64,000 nt of DNA from Halarcobacter sp. (GTDB lineage: Bacteria; Campylobacterota; Campylobacteria; Campylobacterales; Arcobacteraceae): the NCBI GenBank assembly GCA_963676565.1, contig OY781089.1, forward strand, positions 1,408,001 through 1,472,000. Reading direction: 5' to 3'. Below are positions 17,341 to 27,620 of this stretch, one piece after another. The position numbers and the translations under genes were made by a program. A model generated the notes under the pieces. That model ran no database searches. It had not been told where the DNA came from and saw only the letters and a list, made by a program, of their open reading frames with translations. Position 1 is the first letter of the stretch. Each line of letters starts with the position of its first letter.

Positions 17341-19563
17341 TTATTCAAATTCAATTTCTTCTTCTGCAATATTAAATATATCAATTCTTGTATCTATATC
17401 AATTTTATTAACTAACCAACCTCTTAATTGAGCGTTTTTAATGAATTCATCAATTCTATTAACTCCATTGATCTCTTTTAGAGTTATTACAATACCAAAT
17501 TTAAGATTTTCTCCATATTTATCTTCAAGTCGCTCTTTTGTTTTGAGACTTAATCCCCATAAAGGGTTATTATAAGCTTTCAACTCTCTATTTTTACCTG
17601 TAAAAATATCTCGTATATGTTTTACATTATCCCATTTTCTGAATAGTCTACGTGCATCTTCTTCCCAAGTCTGATGATTATATTCCTCTGTTTGATAATT
17701 TTTATTAATTGATTGAATATTACCTTTGTTATTTAATCTACCAAACTTTATATCAAGTTCTGTATTAGTATAGTCTACACCTTGGTTTCTCGAGGATGCT
17801 GGGAAATAACAAAGGGTTGCTTTTGCAATAAATGGATGCTTTTCTTGAACTACAGGAACTGGTATATTATAAGTATAAGTATCATATTTTTCAGAAGTAC
17901 CTTGTATTATAAATTGTATTTCATCAGATTTACAATATATAATATCATCTATTTTTTTTGGTACAACTCCATGCCCTATAAGTGTTGGATCATTCTGTTG
18001 TATGTCCCATCCTGTTGCAGAGTGAATAAGTAATGCCTTTGCAACATCTCTACTTAATCCTAATATATTAATCAAATATGATAATTTTCTAGAGATCCAT
18101 GGAGCTGCAAATGAAGTTCCTTTTACCAATGCTTCGCCATTTGGAGTACATACTTTCATTGGATTTTTTGAATCACCACCATAATAACTAATATCAGGCT
18201 TAATAAAAAACGATAATACAGGTCCTTTTCTACAATAAGAAGAAGGTTGATTATTTTTATCTACAGAATTTACTACTAATGAATTTATAGAATCTGCAGG
18301 TGCACCAATTGATCTAGTTATAGTTTCTCCAAAAGATAAATTTGTTCCAGCTATAACAAATATAACATCATTCTCAAATTGAATTTTATCCAAGATAGCT
18401 GCTTCAGGAGATATAAAATTAGGATTTATATTGAGTTTTGAACCTAAAGATAAATTCCAAACTTTTATATCTTTATTCGCAGCTACTATTTCACTAATAT
18501 TTCTTAATATGGTAAATGAGTTAAAACTGTTACCACTAGCTACACCGAAATGTCTAACTCTAAATCTACCACATCCATCATCCAGATCAGGATTAAAAGT
18601 TGGTCCATCTACAATTATAGAAGAAACTGCCGTACCATGCTCAAAATCATTTTGAGAAATAGGAATTTCACTTGACAACATATTTGTATACTCAACCCAT
18701 TCCGAGAAATATACATTTTCATCAAATAGTGTATCAATAACACCAATTATTGGCTCATTTTTTGGAGAATCAATTTTTATTATTCCATCATCAATAAATT
18801 CAAAATCATCTTTTGTTATTTCAGATAGATCACTAACTGCCATTGATATTAAGAAAGGAGCTTTTGTTTTTAAGATTTCTAATTCATCAGGTCGTAATAA
18901 AATAGTAGTTTCATCCATGATACGGCTAGAAAGTATATTAATCCCTATTTTTTCTAAAAGTTGTATGGTTTTTACATCTGTTTTATATATAGTAATAATC
19001 GCATTTTTTTCAAACATTGCATCTTCAATAGATATATCAAATTTTTCAACATAATATGCATCTACAATGACATTAAGAAAAATTGTTTTAAAAATTGTTT
19101 TATGATTATACGGAATCTTTTTTTTATTAACTTTATTGATTGTGTCATAGTCAATGTTTCCATTAAACTGCTGATTTAAAATATTAATACTATCTGTTAA
19201 TCTTTGTATTGATTCATTTAATATATCTCGTGATATATAATGTGTAATTATGTGCTTGGGAGAGGCATCAAGTGAAAACTTGGCACCTACTATGGAATTA
19301 TTAGGTTTATTAGAACTATTTCCTAAAAGAGCTTGTATTCTGTTACTTTTGGCTGCAACTTTAATATAATGTACTGAAACAAGTGCTCCAGGAAGTAAGT
19401 TTTGACTTTTCCAATACTCTTTAAGCTCTTTTAAGTTTTTTAGTAAATCTTGTAATTTTGATACATCTATAGATTGTCCAGCCGGTAAATTAGGAGCTCC
19501 AAATCCATCTGCTGATCTAGATGCTTGTTCAAATCTTCCTTTTAATTGTAATAAGTTATTCAA
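17341..19563 (-). CDS. ietS: S8 (subtilisin-like) peptidase, IetS-like
   Basis: Triad motifs GVIDT, HGTAVSS, GTSFAAP; WNLSLG; no signal peptide; directly downstream of an AAA ATPase. Confidence 0.82.
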   Translation of the reverse strand: MNNLLQLKGRFEQASRSADGFGAPNLPAGQSIDVSKLQDLLKNLKELKEYWKSQNLLPGALVSVHYIKVAAKSNRIQALLGNSSNKPNNSIVGAKFSLDASPKHIITHYISRDILNESIQRLTDSINILNQQFNGNIDYDTINKVNKKKIPYNHKTIFKTIFLNVIVDAYYVEKFDISIEDAMFEKNAIITIYKTDVKTIQLLEKIGINILSSRIMDETTILLRPDELEILKTKAPFLISMAVSDLSEITKDDFEFIDDGIIKIDSPKNEPIIGVIDTLFDENVYFSEWVEYTNMLSSEIPISQNDFEHGTAVSSIIVDGPTFNPDLDDGCGRFRVRHFGVASGNSFNSFTILRNISEIVAANKDIKVWNLSLGSKLNINPNFISPEAAILDKIQFENDVIFVIAGTNLSFGETITRSIGAPADSINSLVVNSVDKNNQPSSYCRKGPVLSFFIKPDISYYGGDSKNPMKVCTPNGEALVKGTSFAAPWISRKLSYLINILGLSRDVAKALLIHSATGWDIQQNDPTLIGHGVVPKKIDDIIYCKSDEIQFIIQGTSEKYDTYTYNIPVPVVQEKHPFIAKATLCYFPASSRNQGVDYTNTELDIKFGRLNNKGNIQSINKNYQTEEYNHQTWEEDARRLFRKWDNVKHIRDIFTGKNRELKAYNNPLWGLSLKTKERLEDKYGENLKFGIVITLKEINGVNRIDEFIKNAQLRGWLVNKIDIDTRIDIFNIAEEEIEFE

Positions 19564-19565
19564 TG

Positions 19566-20603
19566 TTACTCCTTTAACTCTCTAGAAACTTGACTTTTTG
19601 ATATGCCAGTTAAAATCTCAATTTCCCTTACCGTAAAGCCTTTACTTTGCATATGTTTTAAATCCATACTTTCATCAGTTTTAGTAACATTAATATATAG
19701 CTTTTTTAAGTAATCATATTCATTACTAGGATCACTAAATGCTATTGATGTCTTTATAAGATTTTTAAGTTCTCCTGGATATGGTATTACATCCATACTT
19801 TCAAGTATTTTTTTAAACAATCTAATATTTCTTCCTGTGAATTTAAATTTCTGTAACATGTCATTTAAAATCGCTTCACCAACTTCAATAAGATCTTGTT
19901 TTGTATAATTACTAAAATCTATAATAGCATCAAATCTTCTAGATAATGCCTTATCAAATGCTTTATATAAATTAGTAGTTGCAATTAACACAATATTATT
20001 ATTTAAATTATCTAATCCTTTTAAAACAGAAGAGGTTGCTCTACCCATTTCTCTTAAATCATTAGAGTTAATTCTATCAATGGCTATAGAATCTATTTCA
20101 TCAAAAAGAATAATAACTTTATCTGGATTTGCTACTGAAGAAATTTCTTTGAAAAGCAATGAAATATTTTTAGAAGTTTGTCCCAGTTTACTATCTATGA
20201 CAGAATCAAAATCTACAATAAATAATTCTCGCTCAAGTATTCTTGCAATTTGTTTAGCTGTTTCAGTTTTACCTGTGCCAGGAGGTCCTTCAAATAAGAA
20301 TTTATTTACTCCAGCATTATGTCCAATAGCATTTATCAGCCCTAAAATATTATTTTTAATTGAATTGGGCAGAGGTAATGGATTATTTGATGTTTCAATT
20401 CTCTTAACAAAAATATTTTCATTAGAATCTATTTGAGGGGAAAAAGTATTGGTATCTGATAATAAAGCCATAATATATTCAGAAAGTTGATAGTCATTAC
20501 TTTTGTCAAAATATTTTGCAATTTCATATGCTTCATTTCTAAAAGCATCTTCATTTTTTTCTGCATGATATTTTATTAAGTTTAATATATTTTTTTTCTT
20601 CAT
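19566..20603 (-). CDS. ietA: AAA+ ATPase, IetA-like, with C-terminal HTH
   Basis: Walker A GPPGTGKT, Walker B ILFDEID, ATTN, SRRFD; C-terminal FTVREIEILTGISKSQVSR. Confidence 0.82.
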   Translation of the reverse strand: MKKKNILNLIKYHAEKNEDAFRNEAYEIAKYFDKSNDYQLSEYIMALLSDTNTFSPQIDSNENIFVKRIETSNNPLPLPNSIKNNILGLINAIGHNAGVNKFLFEGPPGTGKTETAKQIARILERELFIVDFDSVIDSKLGQTSKNISLLFKEISSVANPDKVIILFDEIDSIAIDRINSNDLREMGRATSSVLKGLDNLNNNIVLIATTNLYKAFDKALSRRFDAIIDFSNYTKQDLIEVGEAILNDMLQKFKFTGRNIRLFKKILESMDVIPYPGELKNLIKTSIAFSDPSNEYDYLKKLYINVTKTDESMDLKHMQSKGFTVREIEILTGISKSQVSRELKE

Positions 20604-20625
20604 TTTAATTCCCTTTTAAAAATAT

Positions 20626-20665
20626 ATTATATCTTGTTCGGGACATAAAATCAATAGTTGGGACA
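20626..20665 (-). promoter_or_regulatory. Sigma70 promoter of the ietAS-like operon with TGTCCC direct repeats
   Basis: Minus-strand TTGATT (20654-20649), N17, TATAAT (20631-20626); GGGACA at 20640 and 20660. Confidence 0.65.
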
Positions 20666-20846
20666 AAACATTAATAATTAATTTATATGAATTTGAAAAT
20701 ATTCGCTTTAATTTCGCCTTAAAAAATTCACTTCAACATATAGTTATTCAAAAAGTAGTTAAAATAAAAGCTCTTTAAATTGGCATGTTTTCAGAAGTTA
20801 ATATAAAAAAAGTATCTTCATAATAGATACAAACCTAAAGTTCCTT

Positions 20847-20907
20847 AACCTGTTATATTTGGAACTTTTAACTAAAACTTAAAGTCGTGTTCCAAATATA
20901 AGAGGTT
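20847..20907. repeat. 19-bp inverted repeat; left arm also repeated directly at 25826
   Basis: AACCTGTTATATTTGGAAC (20847-20865) versus GTTCCAAATATAAGAGGTT (20889-20907), 1 mismatch. Confidence 0.8.
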
Positions 20908-20976
20908 TAGGTAAAGATTATCCAAAGTTTTATGTCAATTTATTATTGTTCGGTCAAAATATATTGGATTGTTTTA

Positions 20977-23900
20977 TTAAAATTCTATTCTAAAAACTGC
21001 TCCCATTAATTCTTTATTTTTAAATAAATATTTTTCATTAGATACTGATATATTGCCATGAAATTGTTTTGTTATAATTTGATATGTCATATATAACCCG
21101 AGTCCTGTTCCCATTGATTCGTGTTTTGTAGTAAAATATGGTTCAAATATTTTTTCAAATATTTTTTCATCTATTCCACCTGCATTATCTTTTAACTTAA
21201 CAATATTTTTATCTTTGTATTTTTCTAATGATATAAAAAATAGTTTTTCTTCTTGTTCATTTTCTTTTAATGCATCAATTGCATTATTATAGATATTAAT
21301 AAGTGCTTGGATTAATAAGTTATCATTTCCTTCAATATATATATCATCTAATAAGTTTTTATGGACTTTAATAAAGTTATGATTAAAAGAATCAGCTGTC
21401 AATTCTTCAACTCTTAATAAAGTTTCTTTTAAGTTAAACTCTTTTCTAAGTGAAATATCCCCTTTAAAGAAATTTCTAAAATCATCAATAGTTTTTGAAA
21501 GGTGTTGTGTATGTTCATTAATTTTGTCAAGAGTATTCATGACTTCTTCTTTTGGGAATAACTCTTCTGAAATTTCTAAAGAAAGTTTTAAACCTGTTGA
21601 GGCAGTAGAAATTATTGAAAGAGGTTGTCTCCATTGATGAGCAATATTGCCAATCATTTCACCTACAGCAGAAGTTCTTGCTTGTTGTAATAACATCTTT
21701 TCTTGTTGTTTTTGAGTAGTTATATCAGAAAATATACCTACGTAGTTTTCTATTTTATTGTTTTGTTTAATAGAACTAATTGATAGCAACTCTTCATAGG
21801 TATTGCCATTTTTATTTTTATTTATTATTTCCCCAGACCAATGACCTTCATCATAAATCTTTTTCCACATATTTTTATAGAAATTACTATCATGCTTATT
21901 TGATTTTAAAATTGAAAGATTCTCTCCAAGAACCTCACTCTCTTTATACCCAGTTGTTTGAGTAAAAGCTGGATTTACACTTATGATTTTATTATTACTA
22001 TCTGTAATCACAATTCCATCATGGGTATTTTTAAATACTAACAATGCTTGGTGCATGTTTTTTTCATAATTTTTTCTATTAGTAATATCTTGAATAGTTC
22101 CAAATAATCTTTCTGGTTCATTTGTTTCTTTATTATTAACAAAAATACCTAGTCCATGAACCCATTTTGTTTTTTTTGTTGTGTAGTCTATAATTCTATA
22201 TTCTTTATCAAACTTTTCTTGATTCACTATTAACTTTTGAAAATAATTATACATCATTGTCTTATCTTCTGGATGAATTAAATCAATCCATGTATCAAAA
22301 CTTTTTTTATAATCATTTGATATTCCAAATATATTATCTAATATTGGTGATGTAGTAAATGAATTATTTTGTATATCGTAATCATAATGACCAATCTTTG
22401 AAATACTTTGAGCTTCCAATAACTCTTTTTCTTGCTCTTTTAAATATGTTATATCTTGAACTGCTCCAATTAATTTTATAACTTTACCATTTTCTATAAT
22501 TGGATTACCTATTATTGTTAAAGTTTTAACTTCGCCATCTTTTTTTATTCTATATTCAAAATGAAAGGAAGTTTTTTCTTTTAAAGCAGTTTCAACTTCT
22601 TTTCTATGTTTTTCTAAATCATCTTTTAAAATTAATGATTCAATTACTTCAATATTGACTTTTTTCTTATTTTCTATACCGTAAATATCATAAGTGATGT
22701 CTGACCAAGTAAAAATATCATTAATAATATCCCATTCCCAAGTTCCAAGGTCTGCAATTTTCACAGCATTGTCTAGCGTATTTTTTAAATTTAATACTTC
22801 TTGGTTCTTCTTTTCTAGTCTTTCATCGTTTAATTTTTCATCATTTATATCTTGTATAATTGATATGAAATAGTTAGGTTTTCCATCTTCTTTTAAAATC
22901 ATAGTTACTGTAAGTTTTATCCAAATTAAAGAACCATCTTTTTTTATGTATCGCTTTTCCATTTCATATGAGTCAATCTCTTGATTTAACATTTGATTGA
23001 CATATTCTAAATCTTTGTCTAAATCATCAGGATAAGTGATATCTTGAAATGTTATATTTAATAGTTCTTCTTTTCCATAACCAATTATTTGACATAACTT
23101 ATCATTTACTTCTAACCACACTCCATTTAAACCTACTCGTGCTATCCCTATACCTGAATAGTTAAATATTTTTTTTAGTTTAACTTCACTCTCTTTTATT
23201 TTTCTATCTTTTATATTTTGTTCAGTAATATCACTAAATACACCAATATAATTTAATACATTTTTATCTTTATCAAATATAGTATTTATTGTTAGCCATT
23301 CTGTAAATAAACTTCCATTTTTAGTTTTATTAGTTACTTCCCCTTCCCAATAACCATCTTTATTAATTTTATCCCACATATTTTTATAAAATTCGCTTGA
23401 GTGTATATCTGATTTTAAAATATTTGTTTTTATGTTTAATATCTCTTTTTTACTATACCCTGTAATTTTAGTAAATGCTCTATTTACATCAATAAGTTTT
23501 GTATCCTTATCAGTAATCATAATTCCATCACGAGTATTATTAAATACTGAATATGTTTGTTTTAATCTTTTCTCTCTATCTTTTCTTTGGGTTATATCTT
23601 GACCAATAACAATATAGTTATATAATCCTTCTTTATGAATTGTTGATAAATTAAAATCTATAATGGCTTCTTCTTTTTTTGAAGTTAAAGCTTTTAATTC
23701 TTTTTGAATATTCTTTTCACTATCACCAAATAATAGGATTTCTTCTAAAAAAACTTTTTCACTAATATCCCAGCAATCTAAATCCCAGAAGTTTAATCCT
23801 TTTAAGTGTTTCTTTTTTTCATTTAAAAACTTTGTTGAGATATTATTTATATCAAGTATCTTTCCTTTATTATCTAATACTGTTGCTAATAAATGTGAAT

Positions 23901-24900
23901 CTTCAAAAAGTAATTTAAACTTTTCTTGTTCTTCTAATTGTTGTTTGTGTAGTATTATCTCATGTTCTCTTGTTCTATTGTAAAGATAGAATAAAAATAG
24001 TGCTATTAAAGTTGTTAAAACAATTGTTATAATTGTAATGATAAAAAAGTCATATTGTTTTTTATCCCAACTTATTAAACTTTTATCATAATCTAATTTT
24101 ACAGATAAATTAATAGGAAAGTTATCAGTTAAAATATAAGTTATAATGTATTTTTTGCCATCAAGTATTTCTATTCCTGTTATTTCACTTTTTTCTATTG
24201 TTTGTTCAAGTAACTTATCTTCTTTTATTTTCTTACCAATGGTTTTTGATTCATCTGTTGAAAGCAATAGTATTCCATCTAATCTAACTAATTCAAAAAT
24301 CACTTCATTTGATTTTATATTTGCAAGGAATCTATTTTTAAAATAATCATTATTTAAATTAACAATAACAGTAAAATTACCTTTTTTTGCATTTATTTTT
24401 TTAGCAATAGGTATAAAAAAAGATTCATTCTTTTCGATTTTATCCTCAAAGGAATAAACATCATTTCCATTAATAAAATCTCTTCCTATCCAAGGAGTAG
24501 ATATTTTTAGTATATTATCTTCAAATATTGGTTGAGGAAACAAATTAAGGTTATTTACAACTAAACCTAAATTAGTTGTATTAGAACTATATTCAACAGT
24601 ATCATTTTTTAGTATATTTATTGACCTAATTTGAGGATAGTTTCTTTGAGTATCAATTAATCTTGAATTTATCTTATCTTTTAGAGCATACAAATCGATA
24701 ATCGAAGGTATATTATTGATAACTTGTTCAATATTCGTAAGGTCTTGATTTAATTCTTTTGAAAAAGATTTAGCATTTAATTTAGATATTGTAAGATAGT
24801 TATTAACAGCTTCTTCTTTTAACATGGAAGAAGCCATAAATATAATTGATAAGATAATAGTAAAGCCAGCTACTATTCCAATACCTAATTTATAATTCAT
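20977..24900 (-). CDS. Multi-PAS sensor histidine kinase with periplasmic Cache-like domain
   Basis: Two TM helices, about six PAS/PAC repeats (QDIT/SDIT ends), IAHQWRQPL H-box, DNAGG, GTGLGL. Confidence 0.9.
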   Translation of the reverse strand: MNYKLGIGIVAGFTIILSIIFMASSMLKEEAVNNYLTISKLNAKSFSKELNQDLTNIEQVINNIPSIIDLYALKDKINSRLIDTQRNYPQIRSINILKNDTVEYSSNTTNLGLVVNNLNLFPQPIFEDNILKISTPWIGRDFINGNDVYSFEDKIEKNESFFIPIAKKINAKKGNFTVIVNLNNDYFKNRFLANIKSNEVIFELVRLDGILLLSTDESKTIGKKIKEDKLLEQTIEKSEITGIEILDGKKYIITYILTDNFPINLSVKLDYDKSLISWDKKQYDFFIITIITIVLTTLIALFLFYLYNRTREHEIILHKQQLEEQEKFKLLFEDSHLLATVLDNKGKILDINNISTKFLNEKKKHLKGLNFWDLDCWDISEKVFLEEILLFGDSEKNIQKELKALTSKKEEAIIDFNLSTIHKEGLYNYIVIGQDITQRKDREKRLKQTYSVFNNTRDGIMITDKDTKLIDVNRAFTKITGYSKKEILNIKTNILKSDIHSSEFYKNMWDKINKDGYWEGEVTNKTKNGSLFTEWLTINTIFDKDKNVLNYIGVFSDITEQNIKDRKIKESEVKLKKIFNYSGIGIARVGLNGVWLEVNDKLCQIIGYGKEELLNITFQDITYPDDLDKDLEYVNQMLNQEIDSYEMEKRYIKKDGSLIWIKLTVTMILKEDGKPNYFISIIQDINDEKLNDERLEKKNQEVLNLKNTLDNAVKIADLGTWEWDIINDIFTWSDITYDIYGIENKKKVNIEVIESLILKDDLEKHRKEVETALKEKTSFHFEYRIKKDGEVKTLTIIGNPIIENGKVIKLIGAVQDITYLKEQEKELLEAQSISKIGHYDYDIQNNSFTTSPILDNIFGISNDYKKSFDTWIDLIHPEDKTMMYNYFQKLIVNQEKFDKEYRIIDYTTKKTKWVHGLGIFVNNKETNEPERLFGTIQDITNRKNYEKNMHQALLVFKNTHDGIVITDSNNKIISVNPAFTQTTGYKESEVLGENLSILKSNKHDSNFYKNMWKKIYDEGHWSGEIINKNKNGNTYEELLSISSIKQNNKIENYVGIFSDITTQKQQEKMLLQQARTSAVGEMIGNIAHQWRQPLSIISTASTGLKLSLEISEELFPKEEVMNTLDKINEHTQHLSKTIDDFRNFFKGDISLRKEFNLKETLLRVEELTADSFNHNFIKVHKNLLDDIYIEGNDNLLIQALINIYNNAIDALKENEQEEKLFFISLEKYKDKNIVKLKDNAGGIDEKIFEKIFEPYFTTKHESMGTGLGLYMTYQIITKQFHGNISVSNEKYLFKNKELMGAVFRIEF

Positions 24901-24908
24901 ATTTGTAC

Positions 24909-25697
24909 TTATTTTAATTTAGCAATAGGTTCCAAACCATTTTTCTTTGCAAGTTTTAAAAGTCTTCCATCTTTTTTTATATCACTAATAAACTTTTCTA
25001 CTCTTAGATGAAATTTATCATCACCATATGCCATTGTCCATGCATAAGGAGTTAAGTGATATGTTGTTTCTGGGATTATTAACTTTGCCCAATCAGTTTT
25101 TGCAAGCATTTTTTTACCGTATGGATAATCTGTCATAAAAACATCAGCTCTTCCAGATTGAACTTCTTCTTCTCTTTGTTTAAAACCTTTTATAACAAGA
25201 AGTTCTGCATTTTTAAGTTTTTCTTTCACAACAGGTTCATGGTAAGTTCCTTTTGCAACGGCAACTACTACACCTTTTTTATCAATATCATCCCATGATT
25301 GAATTTTTTTATTTGTTTTAGTAGTTACTGCATAAATATCACTTTCTAGGTGAGGAGTTGTAAATCTAATTTTTGCACGTCTTGCTTCTGTATTACCAAT
25401 TGCAAACATTGCAATATCACATTTATCACTAGTAACGTCTTTAATTAAAGTGGGAAATGAACTTTTTACAAGTTTTAATTTTACACCTAAATCTTTTGCT
25501 AATTCTACTGATAAATCACTATCTATACCTACAAGTTTTTGAGTTCTAGGGTCAATATATGAAATTCCATAATACTGGGGCCATATACAAACTCTTAATT
25601 CATTATTAGATTTTATTTTATCAAGTCTATTTTCTTGTGCATTTAATAAAATAGCACTTAACATTATAAGAAAAGTTAATTTTATGAAATGTTTCAT
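24909..25697 (-). CDS. Periplasmic substrate-binding protein, family 3 (amino-acid type)
   Basis: Signal peptide; RLDKIKSNNELRV, GIDSDL, TEARRAKIRFTTP, SGRADVFMTD. Confidence 0.88.
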   Translation of the reverse strand: MKHFIKLTFLIMLSAILLNAQENRLDKIKSNNELRVCIWPQYYGISYIDPRTQKLVGIDSDLSVELAKDLGVKLKLVKSSFPTLIKDVTSDKCDIAMFAIGNTEARRAKIRFTTPHLESDIYAVTTKTNKKIQSWDDIDKKGVVVAVAKGTYHEPVVKEKLKNAELLVIKGFKQREEEVQSGRADVFMTDYPYGKKMLAKTDWAKLIIPETTYHLTPYAWTMAYGDDKFHLRVEKFISDIKKDGRLLKLAKKNGLEPIAKLK

Positions 25698-25825
25698 TAA
25701 TTATCTCCATTTTAATATCTTTTAATTATTATAATCATAACCAAATATTCTATAATAATTCTTAACTATTTGAGTAAGTATACTACTATTAACTAAGATA
25801 AATGAGCTTTAAAAATAAATCCCAC

Positions 25826-25846
25826 AACCTGTAATATTTGGAACTT
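25826..25846 (+). repeat. 21-bp direct repeat of 20847-20867
   Basis: AACCTGTAATATTTGGAACTT versus AACCTGTTATATTTGGAACTT (20/21). Confidence 0.8.
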
Positions 25847-26047
25847 ACTTTATATCATGAGCAATTGTTTTAATGACTATAAGTTACTGCCATAAAACTC
25901 TAAGTAGTCTTTATAAAATTCACAAATACAATAAAATTTTATACTAGCTATTATGTAATTTTTTAATTAACAGATAAACATATAAAATACTGATTTTTAT
26001 AATGTTAACTCTCTTTAATCTATAGTTTATTTTAATTACAGAGAATA

Positions 26048-26432
26048 TAACTTTTGAAAGAAACGTAGAATTTTTTAATAATCTTACTATGTTAAGTATA
26101 TATAAAGTACTTTAGCCCTAATTTAGGGCTATTCTATATAAGTGTGAGTAACTTTTGAGAAAAAACTACAAATTGAAAGTGTAAGTTAAAATAGTAACAA
26201 TTATTGCCCTGAAATAGGTCATCAAAACAAAATCTAGGTAACTTTTGAAAGAAATGTAGGGTTTTTTTTAAATTTCACTATGTTAAGTTTAGATAGAAAA
26301 ATACTACACTCCTAATTTAGGGATATTCTACATACGTGTTAGTAACTTTTGAGAAAAAACTATAAATTGAAAGTGTAAGTTAAAATAGTAACAATAATTA
26401 CTCTGAAATAAGCCATCAAAACAAAGTGTATG
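26048..26432. repeat. Imperfect noncoding tandem duplication (~191 + ~194 bp)
   Basis: Units start at 26048 and 26239; TAACTTTTGA at 26048, 26149, 26239, 26343; palindrome TAGCCCTAA-T-TTAGGGCTA at 26113-26131. Confidence 0.88.
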
Positions 26433-26573
26433 TATTTTTTCAAAAAAATAAAAAAACTTTTAAGAAAAGAAATACCATATTTTAATGTGATTTTAAAAAT
26501 TCAATAACTATTCTAGGAGATATTTAGAAATGAATAAGTCAATTTCTATTTGCAATTGAAAATAAAAGAAGAA

Positions 26574-27227
26574 AATGATTTACACTCTGTTAAAGAGTGA
26601 GTTCCCCATAATGAAATAATAAATCGATAAGATTTTATGGAATAGTTGTATATAATTTTGCCTTCGGCTAAATTGTAATACAAATGGGTAACTCGCTTAC
26701 AACTACATATTCCTAAGTATTGGTATTTAAAGATAGTAAAATTTTATTAAAATAAACTAGGACATAATAAATAGTGTATAAAACCTAATTAATTCATAGA
26801 TAAATTTATATTAAGTTAATAATAACTATCTGATAAGTTTTGAGTAAAGATAAAATAAAAACTTTATAGGAGAAGTCTAGTTTTGTATTAATTGTACTAA
26901 ATTCTTTTCAAGTAAATAAAACTGGGTATTTAGTCAATATGATAGTTCAATAAATTTATATATAAAACAAGTGCATTTTATATTAAAATTAATAACATAC
27001 TATTAGTATTTTTAGTTTATATTATATATATTTTATCATTTTCTTTGTATCTTTTTACTGAATCAATTGTTTTTAGCTACGATAATTTGGGAAGCTAGTT
27101 GTAAGCGAGTTACCCATTTGTATTACAATTTAGCCAAAGGCAAAATTATATACAACTATTCCATAAAATCTTATCGATTTATTATTTCATTATGGGGAAT
27201 TCGCTCTTTAACAGAGTGTAGATCATT
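26574..27227. repeat. 132-bp inverted repeats flanking a 390-bp AT-rich core
   Basis: 26574-26705 is the reverse complement of 27096-27227 with 4 mismatches. Confidence 0.92.
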
Positions 27228-27620
27228 CACTCTTTTTAATTTCACTTTGCTTAAATAAAAACCTCTTTATTTCTTATCTTATAGTAGATAGATTATACTA
27301 AAATTATGTAAACAGATTTTGAGGAAAGTGGTAGAAGTTTTTTGTCACTTTGATAGAGTTTATTCAAAAGGAATGAACAATAAATCAAATGCTTGATATG
27401 ACAGATGTGTATGAATATCTTCAGATACTTATGTTTAAGGCATTGCTATTTTTTATCCACGCAATTAATGATATTTGATTTACTCTAAATCTTTCTATAG
27501 TTTCTAAAATTTCATAGCTATTTTCAGTAATGTTTTATACTTCATCTATTCTAAAATAATCAGCATATTATAGGGATATTGTTATTCCTTTTTATCTCAA
27601 AATGATTTTATTATTATGAG

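Noticed and set aside
15133..24346. Short ORFs at 15133, 16081, 17782, 18431, 18961, 20080, 21780, 24146
   Set aside because: Antisense to longer motif-bearing genes
26048..26432. Possible CRISPR array
   Set aside because: The sequences between the recurring motifs are themselves duplicated rather than unique, the period is 90-104 bp, and no cas genes are present
26574..27227. Group II intron remnant or canonical integron attC sites
   Set aside because: No domain V consensus; no complete RYYYAAC...GTTRRRY pair flanking a cassette; no IntI-type integrase
27067..27258. 63-aa ORF
   Set aside because: Lies almost entirely within the inverted-repeat arm; no RBS or motif
27400..27600. Possible decayed gene fragment on the minus strand
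   Set aside because: Interrupted by stops and not assignable to any family by eye
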